A stretch of 64,000 nt of DNA. Source: Octopus vulgaris. Its lineage: Eukaryota. How positions within the stretch are numbered: position 1 is the first letter of the stretch; the number at the start of each line of letters is the position of its first letter. Under the pieces are notes generated by a model. That model did no database searches, was not told the origin of the DNA, and saw only the letters and a program-made list of their open reading frames with translations. A program made the translations under genes and the position numbers. The stretch lies in the NCBI GenBank assembly GCA_951406725.2, contig OX597842.1, positions 14,074,001-14,138,000 of the forward strand, read 5' to 3'. Of the stretch, positions 57,937-64,000 are shown in pieces.

Positions 57937-58001
57937 CAAATGCTTGCACAAAATACTTTCTTTAAAGTATCACGCTCTTATATATTCCAACATTATATAT
58001 T

Positions 58002-59353
58002 CCGACCGGTTTCCCTAACATCAATAATCAGCAAGATGTTCGAAACCATCCTTAAGAAAAGTATGATGCTCCTCCTCCTAAACACAGCCTCTATCTCTGA
58101 TTCCCAACACGGCTTCGTGCCGAAGAGATCATGCTTGACCAACTTACTAGTAATGGAAGAATTGGTGACGCGCATCCTCGATGATACTGATGCTGTTGAC
58201 ATCGTTTTATTGGACTTTGCCAAAGCTTTTGACTCGGTAAACCACCGCCTATTACTTGTCAAGCTTCAAGCATATAGTTTCCATCCGATATTGTACGATG
58301 GGTTGGTGCCTTCCTCTCAGATCGCTCCTTCCAAGTCCAAGTTAATGGTTCGCGGTCCGACGTCTCCAGTGCGAGCAGTGGCGTGCCTCAAGGTTCAGTG
58401 CTTGGGCCCTTGTTGTTCTTAGTCTTCATAAATGACTTGTCCGACGACCTCACGCAACACACCCTTCTATTTGCCGACGATATCAAACTGGTCGCTCCTC
58501 GCGGTGATATAGAGGATCTTCGTCGATGCCTCCACCAAATTTGGAAGTGGTCTAACGATTGGGACCTGTGTCTGAACGTGTCAAAATGCTGTCATCTGCC
58601 TGTTGGCTCTCCTCCTGCAACTCAACTTGATTTCGAGCCGGGTCGTCTGCTGCTGGAGAGGACCGATCAGGTAAAGGACCTGGGTATCTTGGTGGATTCC
58701 TCCTTTTCGCCTTCGGCCCAGTGCGTCCATGCTGCCAACAAAGCACGCGGAATTCTGTTCTTGATTCGACGGTCATTCGGAATGCTCACAGCAGCCATAT
58801 TCCTACCACTCTATGTCACGCTGGTGAGACCCATATTGGTATGGGATTCAAGCCTCTTCTCCTTATCTCCTCAAAGACATACAGCATCTCGAAAGAGTCC
58901 AGAAGCTGGCTACCCGCATGGTTCATGGTCTCAAAAATTTGTCCTACGAAGAAAGGCTGAGGACGCTCGACCTTTATTCTCTTGAAAAACGCCGCCGCCG
59001 TGGTGATCTCATTCTCGCCCACAACATCATAAGCGGAAAGTGTAACCTCTCGAAAGAGCTGTTCTTCACTCCTGCTCCAGAGCGTCGGCTGCGGGGTAAT
59101 TCCGAAAAGCTCTACCTGCGACGATTTCATCTCAATCGAAGGAGAGGAGCTTTCTCCGTCCGGGTTGCGGATCCGTGGAACAAGCTGCCAGACGAGATGG
59201 TGAAGATGCCGACGACCGCTCGGTTCAAAGACTCCATTGACCACAAGTGGCCTGAACTCTTTACATGAACACCCTGTACCTAACTCCATGTCCCCCTACA
59301 TGGCCTTGCTATTTGCTTTTGAGCCAAATTAACTAACTAACTAACTAACTAAC
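58002..59353 (+). mobile_element. CR1-clade LINE (duplicate)
   Basis: ORFs 57877, 58383 and 58918; same tail and insertion site. Confidence 0.93.
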
Positions 59354-59569
59354 ATTTAGCAATGCGTTCGCACTCACTTTCACAGTCACAGAAAAACAAT
59401 GACACAAGCCGTTGGAGACAGAGAAGGAGAGTAAAAAACGAGACAAAGGGTATGACGTGGCAGTATAGGAAAGAATGGGTGACGGTGCCTCAAACGAAAT
59501 AGGGGAATCATTACATACTTGGAAATATATCTTCAATGAAATACTATAAATATAAATGAATCAACTTAC

Positions 59570-59638
59570 AGAGTTGTTAAGCCGGAAAGAGTTTGGAAGA
59601 TTTGTGCTTCGATCTTCATGCCATTACCACCCAAATAC
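59570..59638 (-). CDS. LRR exon, class A (69 bp): YLGGNGMKIEAQIFQTLSGLTT(L)
   Basis: ttttacag|G TAT TTG ... ACT CT|gtaagt; LRR consensus one residue short. Confidence 0.82.
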
Positions 59639-60378
59639 CTGTAAAATAAAATGATATTAAGGACTTGTATGGATCCGATTTGTAACAGGATATTAAATAT
59701 CATGTCTAAACAATTAGATGATGGAAGAGATGCAGAGTAGATTACGATTTGGATAACAATGATAGGGTTAATGGTGGTGGTGCAGTTGATGGTGATGTTG
59801 TTGGTGGTGGCAGTGGTAGTTGTGTTAATGATGTATATGATCATGAAGTGGAGAACGTGAAAATATGATGGCAGTGTTGATGGTGATGATATTATGACCC
59901 TAATGATGGGGTGGGGTGTTAACACTGATTATCCAGCTAATCACGGTGATTAGCATGTTTATGATGATCAAAAATATTATAGTGAGAATGATGATGTTGT
60001 TGGTGATGTTTGTGCTGGCGATGATGTTGATGTTGTTGATGATGTTGAAGATTGTGCATCTGATCATGGCGTTTTACGGTTATGAATGATTCGGATGATG
60101 AAGTGGACAATCTTGAAGTTGACGATGTTGATGATAGATAAATATGAATATGATGAAGGAAATGATAACAGCGATGATGACAAAAAGGAAGACGTCAATA
60201 ATGTTGAATGCGGCGGTAATTGTGATGGAACTACTACAAGTATTAGATGAATAGCGAAATATAGAGACAGATTAAATTCATAATTACGGAGATGTACTTG
60301 CATAGCAAGTGATTTGATCTGAGATCGTGTGCTGAAACGAAAACAATTGCAGCGTGGAAGGTGCTTGTAAGCCATTTA

Positions 60379-60574
60379 AGAAACACACAAAAGCCGTTCG
60401 ATTCACTTCAACATTTAAGTTTAATTTGTCAAAATATTTTCGTCGCTTTAAGACCGCGACTTGTTTACTGACAAAAATCCGTGCAGTAAACAAGTCGCGG
60501 TCTTAAAGCGACGAAATATTTTGACAAATTAAACTTAAATGTTGAAGTGAATCGAACGGCTTTTGTGTGTTTCT
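60379..60574. repeat. Fold-back inverted repeat (~91-bp arms, 13-nt loop) inside a ~300-bp insertion starting at ~60272
   Basis: 60379-60470 is the reverse complement of 60484-60574 except for a 1-nt indel. Confidence 0.92.
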
Positions 60575-62084
60575 AGAAATTAATAAGAAATCTTAAAAGA
60601 GAAGAAATGATAGACACTGGAAATATGGAGAAGAAGGTGGATGAAGTGTATCATAAGACACCATGAATAAGTAGAGAGAAGAAGAAGAAGAAGAAGGGGA
60701 AGAAGATGAAGAGAAGAAGAAGATGAAGGAGAAGAAGAAAAATGAAGAAGTAAATTAAGAAGAAGGAGAGGAGGAGGAAGAAGGAGAAGAAGAAGAAGAA
60801 GCACAAGAAGAAGATGAAAGCTAAGTAATGTATTTCTATTTAATATTTTAAAGAAGAAGAAAAGAAGTAGGAAATGAAGAGGGAAGCAAGGGACAAAAGC
60901 AAGAAGATATTCTCATATACACACCCATGGATACAAGAGACAGACTTATACACACACACACACAGATAAGCTTATACAGATGCTATCACACACTCACACA
61001 GACCCCCCACACACTCACATTCACTCATACACACATTCACACAGAATCGATATGTAATTATTAGATTATAACTCTACGTTATTTGTAAGATATTACTTAG
61101 CCAAAGAGATATATAGATTGTGAATAGTTATACGGTTTTTAAAAGTTAGGTTACTGGTTTATAATTTGATTTTAATCTTTAATTTTTTAATGCATCTCAT
61201 AATTATATTATATTAATATTTAATATTTAGGTAAGTAGTATTGGATTAATTAATTAATTTATTTTTCTTTATATGTCTATAAATTTATTGATAGCGTAAA
61301 TTTTAGATTTTAATCACTATATTTGTTGATGATAATTTAGTTATTATTTTTTAAATATTTTATAATTATTAGATGTGTACTTAAATCTAAAATATGAATA
61401 ATGATTATTTAGTTAAATAATTCGGTAATTAAATTTTGGACTATAACTGAGCTAACGATATCTGAGATTTTATTATCTTTTTTTAAGACATATTATATAT
61501 TCATAGATATCTCTAATAGTGACTTTGTTCTATTATAGCTTAAATATAGCCATATTCCATTGATAATATGTATTAGTATTATTCATTGTTTAAAATATAT
61601 TTGTAGTTTTCATTGTTAAAAGAATGGTCCATTTGGTTATTATTAGTTTAGTTAATGACACGATTTTTGAAAGCTAAGTAAAGCTTTTTATTTAGTTATT
61701 TTAATATTTTAATAATTTAGGTTATATTGTATTATATTGGATACTATATAACTACTGATTGTTAATTTGATTGTATAATTATTTAGTTGTTGAAGATAAG
61801 TATTTCATTATTAGATAATAACTATATTTTTTTTGTAAGTTATTACTTAGCCAACAAGATACATAGATCGTTAAATAGTTATACGGTTTTTTAAAGATAG
61901 GTTATACGTTTATAATTTGCTTTTTCATCTTCAATTTTTTAATATATTTCATAAATATATTACATTAATATTTAATATTTACGTAAGTTATAATGGAATG
62001 ATTGATTTATTTAGTCTTCATTATATGTCTATATATTTATTGATAGAGTAAATTTGAGATCTTAATTATTATATTTATTGATAA

Positions 62085-63486
62085 CTAGTATTATGACCCG
62101 TCGTTGCCGGGTCATAGTGTTAGTGCATGTATAAATGTATATATATATATGTGTACATATAACATGTACATCTATATATATATACATCTACACATAAAAT
62201 ACAAAATACAAAATTATATCTTAATATTGCTAGTGATAACAATACTCAAAATATATAACAGACTGGAATTGTAGGCCCGTCTCTTGCAATTTCGATCAAT
62301 TGTATCTTATCATCCCTCTTGTGTAGAAGTGTGGCTACAATCCAGCCTACCTCTACTTCTGGGGGGACATTTTAAATTTTTATCCGAACCTGGCTTCTAT
62401 TGTGGCGAATTTACCGCCTCTGGTTAGATACTTGATAACTTTCATAGTCGCACCAAGACACTTTTGGTTGGTGCTTTCCTCCAGGTGTTCAGATTCACCG
62501 TTTTTGTCGTTGATCAATCCGAAATAGGTTTGTATTTCTTCCATTTTAATTTTAATGAATTCTATCGAAGGCATTTTAACAAAAATGCGTCCGTATAAAC
62601 GGTGAAAATATTGTCAAAATTGAATTGTGTCCCCAAACAGGGACACAATTCAATTTTTAAGCAATAACCAAAGTTCCTTCTCCGGTTAAAAAGTATTTAA
62701 TAAATGCAACACAACAACGTTTCCCTTTCGAGGAACCAACAAACAGAAGCGGCTGTTCGAGAAAACAGACGTTACATACAGCCAAATTACATATAGATAC
62801 TTAATGCTAGCTAATTAGCAGATAAACTAATGTAAAAGCTGCTGTAAAAGGTATGTGGACAGCTCCATCTGGACTATTCCATTTCTGTATACTAATTTTA
62901 TATTTAATATATTCCCATTCATATGAAACCACTTATTCAAGTTCAAGTCATTGATCCGATTTTATACCATTTGCTATTTTTACTTTTGTTATGTTACGAT
63001 TTAATACTTTAGTTTGATTTTAATTATTACTTACTACATATAATTCAATTGTTATTATTATCTCTAATTTTTATAGTTAAAGTGAAAGTATCTGACATGA
63101 AATAGAGAATGTTTTTGTTTCACTTTTAACACGTAATACTGAAATAGTGGAGAAGATATGATATTGCTATGGGCTCGCCCTAGGCAAGAAGTTGAACATT
63201 TTTTTTCCCATGAAACTACATGGACCCTAAGAAGGCATGTGAAAAATTTGAATGAAATTGGTTGTGTAGTTCTCAAGTTTTAGGGAATCATAGTGGAGAC
63301 GATATGATATTGCTGTGGGCTCGCCCTATGCAAAAAGTTTAAAATTCCTTTTTCTGATGACACTCCCCGGACCCTAAGTAAAGCATGTGTAAAATTTGAA
63401 TGAAATTGGTTGTGTAGTTCTCAAGTTTTAGGGAAACACACAGACAGACAGACACACACACATTCTCAGTTTTATATATATAGAGA
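62085..63486 (-). mobile_element. Non-autonomous Helitron-like element carrying extra sequence
   Basis: Minus strand: A|TCTCTATATATATAAAA…(GTCT)n at the 5' end; gacccg/cgggtc hairpin then CTAG|T at the 3' end; ~143-bp internal duplication at 63150-63435; empty-site-like ttgatgataatttag at ~61326. Confidence 0.65.
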
Positions 63487-64000
63487 TAATTTAGTTATTA
63501 TTCTTAATTATTTGATAATTATTAGATTTGAACTTAAATTTAAAAATATGAATAGTGAATATGTTAAATAATTTGGTAATTAGATATTGACTATAACTGA
63601 GATTCGGATATCCGTTAGTTTATTGTGTTTCTAAAGCCATATTATATTTTAATAGATAAATACATTTTTCTATCTATTTTTTACCTTAAAAGTTAATATT
63701 TAACATAATAAATGTGTTGTATGACATAATCCTAATGGTTAAAGTTTCTAATTTGATAATAAAGCTTTTTATAAGAATAATAATGTTTTTATTTATTTCT
63801 TAAAAAATATTGTTTAAATATATTTGCTTATTTATTTAAATATTATCATTAACCTGAAGATTGACTCAAATTATAATTCGAATTTTTAATTGAATTTAAA
63901 TTCATTGTAATTCGAATTGGGTTATGGCCATGAAACGCTCGTAGTGTTTTTACTAATTTTATTAGATTAAACTTTTTAATACTTGTTGATACTGAAAAAA

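Overview
AT-rich, microsatellite- and transposon-dense animal DNA; the SINE and repeat types suggest a coleoid cephalopod such as Octopus (inference). The main content is missed by the ORF track. It is the interior of one minus-strand gene made of 12 tiny, symmetric phase-2 exons (9 x 72 bp, 3 x 69 bp), each encoding exactly one 'typical' leucine-rich repeat (LxxLxLxxNxIxxIxxxxFxxL) and spread over about 53 kb. The array is growing and decaying as exon+intron cassettes. The evidence is a ~20 kb tandem duplication of a 4-exon block with a chimeric junction cassette, a 1.33 kb single-cassette duplication, a dead LRR pseudo-exon in each block, and a conserved intronic motif at a fixed distance from the donors. 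The introns hold Gypsy, CR1, RTE, Penelope, Tc1/mariner, Helitron and tRNA-SINE remnants, a short 28S rRNA fragment and two long hairpins. The gene's start, end and non-LRR domains are not visible, so its family (LGR/GRL101-like, Slit-like or LRR-only) is unresolved.
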